In this document: positions 36,042-46,653 of the stretch, piece by piece
How the letters are laid out: every line of letters begins with the position of its first letter
How positions within the stretch are numbered: the stretch's first letter is position 1
Source of the DNA: Phycisphaerae bacterium
GTDB lineage: Bacteria; Planctomycetota; Phycisphaerae; UBA1845; Fen-1342
Assembly: GCA_963675745.2 (NCBI GenBank)
Contig: CAXXWX010000019.1
Coordinates: 128,001-192,000, forward strand
Length of the DNA stretch: 64,000 bases
Reading direction: 5' to 3'
The notes under the pieces: model-generated
Databases searched by the model: none
What the model saw: the letters and a program-made list of their open reading frames with translations, nothing else
Told to the model about the DNA's origin: nothing
Made by a program: the position numbers and the translations under genes

Positions 36042-38768
36042 ATGGTTAGCGAGGACTCGGCATCAAAGGACGGCGATGCGGCCAGCCGCGAGGAGCGCAT
36101 CGTCCAGGTCATCGCGGATGTCGCGCGACGCCGGTCGGAAGGCGAGAAACTACCTGATGCACACATCACGGCGGAGCACGCGGACCTGATGCCCGAATTG
36201 GGTGAGCAGCTCGCCGCGTTGCACCGCGTCGAGCAGGGTCATCAGCGCGCCAAGATCAACGCCGACGTGACGCAAACGCGGCAGCCCGAGGACAGCGCAA
36301 ACATCGACACCCAGCCGGCCCTATCGCCGTTGAGTCAACCGGATTCAATCGCCGGCTACACGATTGTCCATGAGCTGCACCGCGGCGGACAGGGTGTTGT
36401 GTACCAGGCCATTCAGCAGTCCACCAAACGCAAAGTGGCCATCAAGGTCATGAAGGAGGGGCCGTTCGGCGATGCGGCCGAGCAAGCCCGTTTCCAGCGC
36501 GAGATCCAGATCCTCGGTCAGTTCCAGCACCCCAATATCGTGGCCATCCACGACAGCGGTATTGCCGCCGGCAGCCACTACTTTGTCATGGACTACATCC
36601 GCGGCGAGCCGCTCGATGCATACATGGCCTCGAGTAAGCGGTCGATCGACGACACGCTTCAGCTATTCGCAAAGATCTGCGACGCGGTCAACGCGGCGCA
36701 TCTGCGCGGCATCATTCACCGCGACCTGAAACCGGGCAATATCCGCATTGACACCGAGGGCGAGCCACACATTCTCGACTTCGGACTGGCGAAGGTCACC
36801 TCGGGTACGGACGCAACGCAGATGACCATGACCGGGATGTTCCTGGGGTCATTGCCGTGGGCCAGCCCGGAGCAGGCCGAGGGGGCGCCGGATCAGATCG
36901 ATGTGCGGACGGACGTGTATTCGCTGGGCGTGCTGCTGTATCAGATGCTGACGGGCAGATTCCCATACGAAGTCGTCGGGAACATGCGTGATGTGTTGGA
37001 CAACATCCTGAAGGCCACGCCAGCCAGGCCGAGCACCGTTCGCCGTCAAATCAATGATGAGGTCGAGACGATCGCCCTCAAGTGCCTGAGCAAGGAGAAG
37101 GAACGGCGTTATCAGTCTGCGGGCGAGTTGGCCCGCGACGTCCAGCGTTACCTGAAAGGCGAGCCGATCGAAGCCAAACGCGACAGTGGCTGGTACGTGC
37201 TCAAGAAGAGCCTGCGGCGGCATCGTGCCGCTGTTGCGGTAGCGGCGGCGTTTTTGCTCATACTTGGGGCCGGGTTGGCGACGTCACTCAGCCTGTGGCG
37301 GCAAGCAGTGCGCGAGCGGGATAGGGCGGTGGCGGCGGAGCAAAGCGAGGGCCGGCAGCGAAGGCGGGCCGAGGATGAGGCCCACAACGCGCGACTGGCC
37401 GAAGCCGAGCAACGCCGCCTGGCTCAGGCCGAACAGCGCGAGCGGAAGAAGGCGGAGGCAATCAACCGATTCGTGGGGAAGACGCTCGTGTCGTCAGATC
37501 CCCACCAAGGTGGCGAGTACGGGTTCCTGGTGGCAGATGCGATGGAACAGGCCATCGACCTGCTCGATGCCGGCGAGTTGCGCGACCAGCCGGAAATTGA
37601 AACCGCCCTGAGGCTGAAGATCGCCCAGATCCTCGCCGGCAATGCACGCTCGGAGTTGGCGCTGAGACTTGCCGAGCGCGCCCTGGAAACAGATCAGGCG
37701 CTCCATCCAGGTGATCATCCTGACGTGGCTGCGAGCCTGAGCGCGGTGGGTAACTGCTTGCGCTTGCGGGGTCAGTTGCAGGAGGCGCTGGTCAGGCTCC
37801 AGGCAGCGCTCGAGATGCGCCAACGGCTCTTCTCCGGCGACCATCGCGATGTCGCGGCGAGTCTGAACGACGTCGGTGGTTGCCTCGAAGCCCTGGGCTC
37901 ACCCGTATACGCGATTACCAAGTTCGAAGCCGCCCTGGGGATGTACCAACGACTTTACCCCGGCGACCACAGCAAGGTGGCGGCAGCACTGAGCAACACG
38001 GCCTCCTGCATGAAGTCCCTGGGACGACTCGATGAGGCGCTTACGATGTTTGAATCGGCGCTGGCTATGCGACAGCGACTGTTCGAAGGCGATCATCCTG
38101 ACATTGCGGCAAGCCTGAACAACTTGGGTGGATGCCTGGAGGCCCTAGGCCGGCCCTCTGATGCCCTGCCCATGTATGAGGCGGCGCTGGGAATGCGCCA
38201 GCGCTTGTTCCCAGGGGACCACCCCGGCGTGGCAACGAGTCTGAACAACGTGGCCGAGTGTCTGCAATACCTGGGTAGATACGAAGAGGCGCTACCCAAG
38301 CATGAAACGGCGCTGGAGATGTGGCAGCGGCTCTTTCCGGGCGATCACCCTGATGTGGCGGTGGGCCTGAACAATCTGGCCTCCGCCCTGCGTTCTATTG
38401 GTCGGCTGGAGGAGGCGCTGCCAAAGTACGAAGCGGCGCTGGAGATGAGGCGGCGTCTCTTCAAGGGTGATCATCCCGCCGTGGCGCGAAGCCTGAACAA
38501 CGTGGCCCGGTGTCTGGACAGCATGGGCCGCTCGGACGAGGCTTTGCCCAAGTTCGAGGCAGCGCTCGAGATGTACCAACGGCTCATCGCGGACGACCAT
38601 TCCGTCGTGGCGACGTGCCTGAACAACGTGGCTGCATGCTTGGACAACCTCCGGCGCCACGCCGAGGCAGTGCCGAAATACGAGGCGGCGCTGGAGATGT
38701 TCAAACGAGTTCTGCCGCCCGGCCAGCGCGTGCTGACGGTTGTTGCCGGTGCGATGATCCTCCAATGA
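36042..38768 (+). CDS. Ser/Thr kinase-TM-TPR paralog, C-terminally truncated by IS remnant
   Basis: Same kinase motifs as 31194-34427; 8 TPRs; periodicity breaks at LPPG (~38724). Confidence 0.9.
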   Translation: MVSEDSASKDGDAASREERIVQVIADVARRRSEGEKLPDAHITAEHADLMPELGEQLAALHRVEQGHQRAKINADVTQTRQPEDSANIDTQPALSPLSQPDSIAGYTIVHELHRGGQGVVYQAIQQSTKRKVAIKVMKEGPFGDAAEQARFQREIQILGQFQHPNIVAIHDSGIAAGSHYFVMDYIRGEPLDAYMASSKRSIDDTLQLFAKICDAVNAAHLRGIIHRDLKPGNIRIDTEGEPHILDFGLAKVTSGTDATQMTMTGMFLGSLPWASPEQAEGAPDQIDVRTDVYSLGVLLYQMLTGRFPYEVVGNMRDVLDNILKATPARPSTVRRQINDEVETIALKCLSKEKERRYQSAGELARDVQRYLKGEPIEAKRDSGWYVLKKSLRRHRAAVAVAAAFLLILGAGLATSLSLWRQAVRERDRAVAAEQSEGRQRRRAEDEAHNARLAEAEQRRLAQAEQRERKKAEAINRFVGKTLVSSDPHQGGEYGFLVADAMEQAIDLLDAGELRDQPEIETALRLKIAQILAGNARSELALRLAERALETDQALHPGDHPDVAASLSAVGNCLRLRGQLQEALVRLQAALEMRQRLFSGDHRDVAASLNDVGGCLEALGSPVYAITKFEAALGMYQRLYPGDHSKVAAALSNTASCMKSLGRLDEALTMFESALAMRQRLFEGDHPDIAASLNNLGGCLEALGRPSDALPMYEAALGMRQRLFPGDHPGVATSLNNVAECLQYLGRYEEALPKHETALEMWQRLFPGDHPDVAVGLNNLASALRSIGRLEEALPKYEAALEMRRRLFKGDHPAVARSLNNVARCLDSMGRSDEALPKFEAALEMYQRLIADDHSVVATCLNNVAACLDNLRRHAEAVPKYEAALEMFKRVLPPGQRVLTVVAGAMILQ

Positions 38769-39024
38769 GTCCCCTGCCGCCGTAGTCAATCCCAAAGCGT
38801 CATCGAGTTCGCGATCGGCCAGCAATCCAGCATCGGATGTGATCCGCGAACCGTGAAACGCGAGCTTCAGGCCGCCGTCAAACCCGACTCGCAACGCCGC
38901 CTTGCGCCTTTCACCCATTGGGTTCTCCGCCGGTTTTGTGCTGCGATGCCGAAAAGCCCGTGATTTATAGCTCCAAATCTATGTCAAGTATAACACACTG
39001 TAGACATTATCTGGGAAATCCGGG
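38719..39024 (-). mobile_element. IS1380-family fragment (left end and transposase N-terminus)
   Basis: End CCCGGATTTCCCAGAT on minus strand; ORF from 38918 MGE..LRVGFD..LKLAFHGSRITSDAGLL..RELDDALGLT. Confidence 0.85.
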
Positions 39025-39287
39025 TTCAGCCCCCCTCCGAGGAAGCAGTCCGGCCAGCGCGGGAAGTGTTGGAATGGCACTGCTCCAACCGTTTGGTCTC
39101 CGCGTGACGGTGTGTGCTAGCCGCGGCGGCATGCGTAGCCGCGACCCAAACGCTGGTCATGACCAGGCGTCCGAGTAATAGGAGATCGCCGTTACGACCA
39201 ACACCGCACATCACGAGGAAGCGATGCCTGGCTTGGCCACCCGCGTTCCGTTGTCAGCTCCCCGCGATTATGCTCTTATTCGGCCCC

Positions 39288-40109
39288 ATGAGACTGCTCT
39301 ACGTCACCGATCTTCACGGGCACCACGCCAAGTACCGGAAAGTCCTTCGCCTCGCGCGCGACCAGAGCGTCGACATCGTCGTCAACGGCGGGGACATGTT
39401 GCCCAAGTCCGGCGACCTGCACGCGGTGCAGGCCGAGTTCCTCGACCGGTTTCTGGACGCGCACCTGGGCGAGTACGACGCGGCCGGGATTCACTACGTG
39501 GCGCTGCTGGGCAACGACGATCTCCGCGTCTACGACGAGCGGTATAGCGAGATTTGCTCTCGCCATCCGATGGCGACAGACCTGGCGCAGTCGCGTCTGG
39601 AAGTCGGCGATTTCGACCTGATCGGCATGAACTGGGTGGTGGATTACCCGTTCCGCTTGAAGGACCGCTGCCGCATGGACACGGAGGCCTATAGCTTTGG
39701 CCCGCAGCTCGGGGCTGCCTTGCTCTCCCTGCCCGACGGCTTCGAGGATGTCCCCGATTGGCCGACACAGGCTCGAGCATGGCCGACCATCGAGGAAGAA
39801 CTCGACCGCCTGCCATCGGCGCGGAACCCGGAAACCGCGATCTACGTAGTCCATATGCCCCCGGCGAACCTCGGCCTGGACGTGTGCGGGAACGGGGACA
39901 CGGTCGGGTCAGGGGCGGTGTATCGGTTCATTGAGCGCCGCCGCCCGATGCTGGCCCTGCACGGGCACATCCACGAGTCCCCCGACGTAAGCGGCGTCTG
40001 GCGCGCCAGGCTCGGGCGGACATGGTGCGTCCAACCCGGACAGATGAAGCCGCTCGCGTGCGTGCTGATCGAGCTGCCGGAGATGACGATGGAACGGCGC
40101 GTCAGGTAG
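39288..40109 (+). CDS. Calcineurin-like metallophosphoesterase
   Basis: DLHG, GGDM, GNDD, HMPP, HGHIHE. Confidence 0.88.
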   Translation: MRLLYVTDLHGHHAKYRKVLRLARDQSVDIVVNGGDMLPKSGDLHAVQAEFLDRFLDAHLGEYDAAGIHYVALLGNDDLRVYDERYSEICSRHPMATDLAQSRLEVGDFDLIGMNWVVDYPFRLKDRCRMDTEAYSFGPQLGAALLSLPDGFEDVPDWPTQARAWPTIEEELDRLPSARNPETAIYVVHMPPANLGLDVCGNGDTVGSGAVYRFIERRRPMLALHGHIHESPDVSGVWRARLGRTWCVQPGQMKPLACVLIELPEMTMERRVR

Positions 40110-40146
40110 GCCCAGTCGCCCGTACCGCGTGCAGAAGCTCGGGACA

Positions 40147-40495
40147 CCGTCACACCGGACGGCGGCACCGTCACTCATCACAAGTCCCAGCGGGCAGGCC
40201 ACTTGCATGTTCGCTGTGACGGCTGTGACGGCTGTGACGCCTAGGGGACCCGGCAGATCAGTAACCACCTCGCTTCCTGGCCTGATCGAGACGTTTATAG
40301 CGCCCGGCGATACCGGTGAGCCAGAGCCGTCACTCCTGTCACATCCGTCACAGATTGGGCTGTGCCAGCGGAGCCAGGCCCGGTGGTGCCGTAGGCCGTC
40401 ATTCCCGTCACCAGCAAAATCACGCCGCAACGACGCCGAAATCATGCCACTCGCCAGACGCTCGATTCAGACACCTGAGCTGTCGTCTGTGACGC
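40147..40495. repeat. Cluster of CCGTCAC/GTGACGG heptamers in both orientations (iteron-like)
   Basis: About 9-10 exact or near copies, including tandem GTGACGGCTGTGACGGCTGTGACG at ~40216. Confidence 0.7.
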
Positions 40496-41355
40496 GAAGT
40501 TTCCACCATCGTCCCTTGCCAGTTCGTCCCCTGTCGACATCCACGCCCAAACGGCGGAGGTTAGGAGCGAACTCCATCACGCACGTCCCCATTTCCGCGG
40601 GACTCTTGGGCCAGCCTTTCGCGCGGCGAACGGTGGCGTTCGACCAACGGTCGTCGTTCAAGTCCGCCAACAGGCGGCTCGCGCTGCCCTTCCAGTATCG
40701 GATCTTCTCGATCATTCGTCGCAAAGCCACTGCCACTGCCGAACTTTCGAAGACCTGGTTCGCCATCACGTCCCGGTTTCCCTTGTAGGCCTCCTGGAAG
40801 CGGCCCGACTTCCAACCCAGAGCCGGTTCCGCAGCGGTTACCCACCGGGCGACGTCAGCCATTCGTGGCAGCGTGGACAGCTTGACATTGGCTACGTTGG
40901 CGATCGCCGCCGACACAGCGTTGAACAGCGCCCCGAGGATTCCCGGCCGCGCGATCTCGAATGATGCCCACAGCTCCTTTTCGGCCCGCCGTTTCTCATC
41001 CTCCAGAGGCGGCACGGTGATGGAGAGGCAGCGGTCCAGCAGGTCACTGCGTGTCGCCGGATCCGAGATCCCGTTCAACGAGATCGGCCGGGTCGCCTGA
41101 AAGAGCTGCTCGTCCTCGTCGGTGAAAAGCGCTCTCGTGGCGAAGCCGCCGCCGGTTGCGACGCGACACAGCCCGTCTGAGAGCCAAACCGGGATCGAAC
41201 TCAGATTGTCATACGAGAGAACCCACGCGTTATTCGCGGCGATGCAGAGATCACGGAGGCTGCCAGGTGCGGCGCGGACCGGCGAGAATGACGGGTCTAC
41301 CAGAGCACGCAGCATCCGGGCCGCGGTGCTCTTCGTTGAGCCCGGTTCCCCGAGC
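40467..41355 (-). pseudogene. 5'-truncated primase-associated helicase/ATPase of a mobile element
   Basis: Walker-A-like GEPGSTKST upstream of the listed start; YDNLS, LSDGLCRVATGGG..RALFTD, LNGI, DLLDR. Confidence 0.75.
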
Positions 41356-41359
41356 CGTA

Positions 41360-41610
41360 CCGGCCAAGACGACGGCGAAGAAGACGATCAAGCGGCGCAA
41401 GTTCAAAACAACGGCCAACGAACTGATTCTGGCCACTATCAAGAAAGCCGGAGCGAAAGGCGTGACCGGGGGCCCAGCTCAGCAGAGTTTGGAAAGCAAA
41501 CAAGCGATCTGGAGAGGTGTACAAACAACTCGGCCCCCTGGTTCAGGCGAAGAAGATCAAGCGACAGAATATCAGAGGCGGACGAGGAAGCGTTTATACG
41601 CTGTGAAGAT
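41360..41610 (+). pseudogene. Fragment of basic nucleoid/wHTH-like protein
   Basis: AKTTAKKTIKRRKFKTTANELILATIKKAG, then frameshifted VWKANKRSG..LVQAKKIKR; no start codon. Confidence 0.5.
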
Positions 41611-42249
41611 CGGTTAGGTTTGTGTCGCCAGCGGTGGGCGGCGAGCAAGTCGCCGCATCTCGATCCGAGGTTGTGGGTCGGGGCGCGCAATAGTGGGCAT
41701 GCCCGAATGGCTGGCTCGATGTAATTCCACCGGAAGCCGACGTGCTGACCTCAACGCGGCTCGACATGCGGCCAGTCGGCGACGGCGCTGCAGTTTTTCA
41801 CCGGCGGCCATGGCGACCCAAACCTATGACCCAAACTCGAACGCGAAGCCCCCGTACGGCGTCAAAAACGCGGATTTTAGCCCCCCTGGGCAATTTCGAA
41901 ACCGGCCCCCTTCAGCCACTCGGGCACCTCTCCAGGTCGATTAGACATATCTACCAGCGGTGAGCCGCCGCAGGTCGGCGCACTCGGCCGGGTTACCCAA
42001 TCAGGGCGCGAATACACCGGGATCGAGATCGATACGATTCATCGCACGCCCGCGTCGATCGCCGGGATTCGATGGCGGTGTCAGCCTGGCGAGCCATCAC
42101 CCGCGCCGTTCACCATCCACGCCGCAAGACACCGAGTTTATTTCAGATCCAGGCGCGAAGCAAGTCACACGTGTGTCGGCCCGTGACGACGGCGCGGTGA
42201 CAGCACCGGCGGAAATTCCGCGTCCGTGTTCTCCAAGTTATTCGCCCTG

Positions 42250-42361
42250 CAGGGGACGACCGAAAGCTCAGCCGTCCCAGTGGGACTCGGTTTTCACGTG
42301 GCTACGATTGCCCCAGCACTTCGTGCTTGGCTATGTTCATTGCGTCCCTAATGCGGGACGG
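42250..42361. repeat. REP/MITE-like palindromic element
   Basis: GTCCCAGTGGGAC ... CCCAGCACTTCGTGCTTGG ... GTCCCTAATGCGGGAC nested palindromes. Confidence 0.5.
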
Positions 42362-43067
42362 CATGGCTACGATCCGCAGATTGTGTCACGGATGCCGTGG
42401 CGGTGACGATACTCGCTCAGCGCGTGTGTGTACGCCCGCCTGGACGCGGTTTGCCGGCTCCTGGTTCGCCGCGCGAACCTGTGGCTGTGGCGAGGCTGTC
42501 GCGGCACAGAACACATCCCACGGCTCGCCAGCGGCCGCGGCGCCGGGGGCGGATTGGCGGCCAGCGATTTGCCACGGATGCTATAATATCCGGGTTGAGT
42601 CATCAGGCTGGGGAGTGATGCGGCAGGCGATAGACATCGGCCTTGAGCGGTTGAGGGGGGCCTGGCAGCGCGTCAGGGGACGCCTGCCGGTTGTGCGCGC
42701 CGATTGGGAGGCGCGGGGCCGAGGTGCTCGCCGTCGCCCGGGGCGCACCGGCGAACGGTCATCGTCGGCGGGGGCGCGCTGTTGGCGGCGATCATTCTCG
42801 TCGTCATAGCGGCGACATGGACCGCGCGGGCGTTTCGGTCCGCCCGCCCCCTCGCCCGTGGTGACGCGCGAAGGGGGAGTGGCGCTATCTGGTGGTTTGT
42901 GATAAGTGCAAGCGGCGAACGTACTTCGCCCAGCACCCGGCAACCGTGCTTCCCGCGCGTGGACCGCTGCTCAAATGCGAGCAGTGCGGGCAGTTCAGCG
43001 CTGCATGGTATCGGCGTGGCAGCATGGCGGTGCCGCCCGGCGGGTGGTGAATCGTCCGGAGGAACTA

Positions 43068-44107
43068 ATGTCAGTGCGAATGGTTCGCCGTGGGTTCACG
43101 CTGATCGAGTTGCTGACGGTGGTTGCGATTATCGCACTGCTGGTCTCGATCCTGCTGCCGAGCATGTCGCGGGCGCGCGAGCAGGCCAAGCGCGTTTATT
43201 GTTCGTCGAATCTGCGGAGCATCGGCCAGGCCGCGCTGGCATATGCGAACGAGGACGAACACGAGCTGTTAATCCCCATTCATCAGTCGATGGTCACGTA
43301 CAAACCCAGCTCCGATTACTGGCTCTGGCGCACGGCGATGTGGGTTTTCGTTCGGCGGTCGCTCAGCACCAGAATCGTTCCTGACCAACCAGGGGCCGCG
43401 TGAGTTGGGACAGGACGAGCATTGGACAGCCCAGACGCGCCCGCTTAACCAGTTCATCTTCAAAACCGTTTACGAGGCGGACGCGCGCGAGCTGAAGCTC
43501 TATCGTTGCCCGTCCGATCGAGGCTACCCCGATCACCCTGACATCGATGATTCGCCGATCGAGAATGCGGGGCGGAGGTGTTACGACACGCTGGGGAGCA
43601 GCTACCGCGCGAGTCTTTACGGCATATTCCCCGGGCCGGCGACCGGGTATGACGGAGCCTTTGCGATCGGCCCCTGGGGGCACAGCCTGTCCTCCATCCC
43701 GCAGCCATCGATGGTAGCGGCGTTTGGCGAGCCGTCTTTTTTCAACATGATCGGTCAGGGACAACGGCACGGTGAATCCGGACCCGGTGATCGCGATCGG
43801 CTGGCACAAGCAGTGGATGGTGGACAACCTGGTATTCTGTGACGGGTCGTCCAAGCCGACGCGCGCGACGGGCCACGAGTCAATCATGGACGAAGTGGTC
43901 AACGCGCGCATGGAAGTCGGACGGAATTGGGATTTGATTTCGCGCGGTCCGGGTTGGCGTTTTGACCTGTGGCCGACGCCGGGAGCCCGGATCTGGGCGC
44001 ACGACCCCGAGAGTCAATTCTGGAACGCGCCGTATACGGATCAGCCGGATGAGCGTTGGCGCCATTGGCCGTTTGTCGGTGCTCAAGACAATCGGAGCGG
44101 CGTCTGA
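43068..44107 (+). CDS. Prepilin-type N-terminal cleavage/methylation protein (DUF1559-like), split by two +1 G frameshifts
   Basis: [43 protein letters not shown]; extra G at ~43344 and ~43760. Confidence 0.85.
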
Positions 44108-44647
44108 GAGCGAGGGGGGGACGCCGCACGGCGTCGTGAATCTCCTGAGAAATGAGTGGTGTGCGAGGTCGTCAGTCGGCTGACCACGACCCCATCTGGC
44201 TGTTGGCACCACGATTTGGCTTGACCGGGCCGGATCAGATCATCGCGGGGGACGATGACCAAACGACCAGCGTCACAAGCAAGGCCGTCACTACTCCCCA
44301 AAGCAAGGCGGTCAGGCGGCCGCCCCACTCAAGTTCGCTTCGAGTAAACGGCGTCGCGAAGATTCGCGGGAGCATTATCATGCCTCCGCGCCCAGGATCA
44401 CGAATTCGTAATACTGGGTGATGACACAAACCAGCTCATATACGAGCCCTGTGATGGTGGCGAACATATCACACCTTCCGCTTCCATCCGAAGCTCCGCC
44501 ATCTGGATTTGTCCAGTTAGGCTATCGGTGACATAGGGTGAGCACCTTAATAGCGCTGCGGCAAAAACATGCCGGCGCAGCGTGTTTAACGCACCCTTAA
44601 TGGCGATTGCGGATGGAACAGGTGGGCAATGGTGGTGGCGGGAGGGG

Positions 44648-45827
44648 CTATTTGATCTCGGTCATCCGGACCGCGCAGCGATTCTTCGCGGAGATCAGGG
44701 GCGGCCTCGAGGACACGCTGGGTCTCGTACGCGTCAGCGAAGTCCGGCAGAGGAATGGTCGGCTCTTCGCCGCCCAGGACCGCCATCATGTCGGCGACCA
44801 TGTTTACGAAGGTGTGTTCGTAACCGATTACGTGCGCATCGGGCCACCACGCGCCGGCGTAGGGGTGGTTGCCGGCCGAGGTACACATGATACGACGCCA
44901 GCCGGCTTCCTGCTCATCGTCCTCGGCGTTATAGAACCAGAGGATGTTCATGTCCTCGAATGAGAACTTGAGCGCGCCTTTTTCGCCGTTGATCTCAATC
45001 GTATTGGCGTTCTGGTTGCCGGTGGCCAGGCGCGAGGCTTCGAACGAGGCCACGCCGCCACCTTGCAGCTTGGCCAGAAACAGCACGGTGTCGTCAACAT
45101 CCACCTTGGCCCTGGTCGGCCGACGACGGCGACCGCCCGGCTTGCCGGTCGGCGTCGGCAGAAAACGCTCGGTAACAAACGTCTCCGAGATCGCGCCGCT
45201 GACCTCGGTGACTTCCAATCCGCTGATGAAGCGCGCCATGTCGACGATGTGAGCGTTCAGGTCGCCATGCGCACCGGAGCCGGCGTATTTCTTCTGAAAC
45301 CGCCACACGTGCGGCACGTCGGGTGTGCCCCAGCTTTGCAGATAGCACGCGCGGATGTGATATATGCGCCCCAGACGGCCATCTTTCACGAACTGGTGGG
45401 CCAGCGCAACGGCGGGACAACGACGGTGGTTGTACCAGACAAACGTGTTGCATTTGCGCGAGCGGGAGGCGGCGTTCTTCATCTGCCGCGCTTCCTTGAG
45501 AGTGCCGGCCAGCGGCTTTTCGCACGCCACGTGCTTGCCGGCTGACAATGACGCCAGCGCCAGCTCGGCATGGTTGTAGTTGGGGGTCGAGATGTCGACC
45601 AGGTCGATATCAGAGTCCTTCAGGGCTTCCTTCCAAGAGGTGTTGTAGCTTTTCCAGCCCCAACGGTCGGCAAACGGGGCCAGGGCAATCAGATCGCGGC
45701 CGACTATGGTGTGCATCACCGGTTTGAGCGGCAGGTTGAAGAACCGTGGAGCTTTCAGATAGGCATTACTGTGAGCGCGCCCCATGAACTTCTGACCGAT
45801 CAAAGCGATGTTGCAGACGCTGGACAT
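44648..45827 (-). CDS. Gfo/Idh/MocA-family oxidoreductase (extra C near 3' end)
   Basis: IGQKFMGRAHS, HVACEKPL, GDLNAHIVD; removing one C at ~44700 gives EAALISAKNRCAVRMTEIK*. Confidence 0.9.
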
Positions 45828-46053
45828 GCGCTCTCCTTCGCTGCGAAGGCCCCTTTTGCTCCGGCGAAATGGTATACAGAACCCGGCGACGCTTCGCAAG
45901 TCCTTGTCAGTAAAGCAAATCGGATTTTGGAGGCAGGCTGGCGCGCCTGATGAAAGTCGAGCCGCGCGACGCGCGCTGAGCCGCCGATCGCGCTGTTGCG
46001 CGATCCGGCGCTGGAGCATCGCGCGCGCCCGCGCGCGACGCCGAGTTCCAATG

Positions 46054-46554
46054 CTAGCCCTCGAGATTCAGCGCGGACACTCGCTCCCCCTCACCGCCGG
46101 ATGAGCGCGAGTCCCCGTTCCGGGAGCCGCTCGAAGATGACGACGGCCTTCCGTCCTCGGAGACCGTGGCCTCTTTGGCGATCTTCTTCACGATCAACGT
46201 CCACGTCTCGCGCTGGTGCTTCAGGATTCGGATGGCGTCGTCGAGCGCGTTGAGTTCTCGACGGATGTTGGCATCGACCAGCCGCATGTAGCAGTAGTTG
46301 TACAGCGCGGTCATCTGATCGGCGACCTCGGGGTTCACGTCGCGGTTCAGGCCGGCGGACAGTTGAAGGCATATCCGCTGGGCGCGATCGAGGCTGTTGA
46401 AACTCGCCTCATAGTCACCGTCCGCGAGGGCCTGGCGGCCCTTCAGCGCAAAACGGACCGCCCCGTCAAGCAGCATGACCTGCAACTGCGCGGGGCTCGC
46501 CGTCAGGACGGCGTTCCTGAGATACTCCTGCGATGCGTTGGCCGTTTGCTTCAT
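46054..46554 (-). CDS. fliS: Flagellar export chaperone FliS
   Basis: YLRNAVLTASPAQLQVMLLDGA..RAQRI..L..LYNY..RETW; directly downstream of fliD. Confidence 0.92.
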   Translation of the reverse strand: MKQTANASQEYLRNAVLTASPAQLQVMLLDGAVRFALKGRQALADGDYEASFNSLDRAQRICLQLSAGLNRDVNPEVADQMTALYNYCYMRLVDANIRRELNALDDAIRILKHQRETWTLIVKKIAKEATVSEDGRPSSSSSGSRNGDSRSSGGEGERVSALNLEG

Positions 46555-46653
46555 GCGGTCATATCGGTCCAAGTGAGGTCGGCGTTCAATACCGCGCACG
46601 CGGGCCGACGGTCACCGTGTTTGCCGTCGGGGGTCGCGCGTGTTCGGTCACAG

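Noticed and set aside
41695..41790. Tyrosine integrase C-terminal remnant (GHA motif)
   Set aside because: Too degenerate to support
44235..44429. Small membrane protein ORF
   Set aside because: Hydrophobic stretch but no recognisable family or clear RBS; insufficient support
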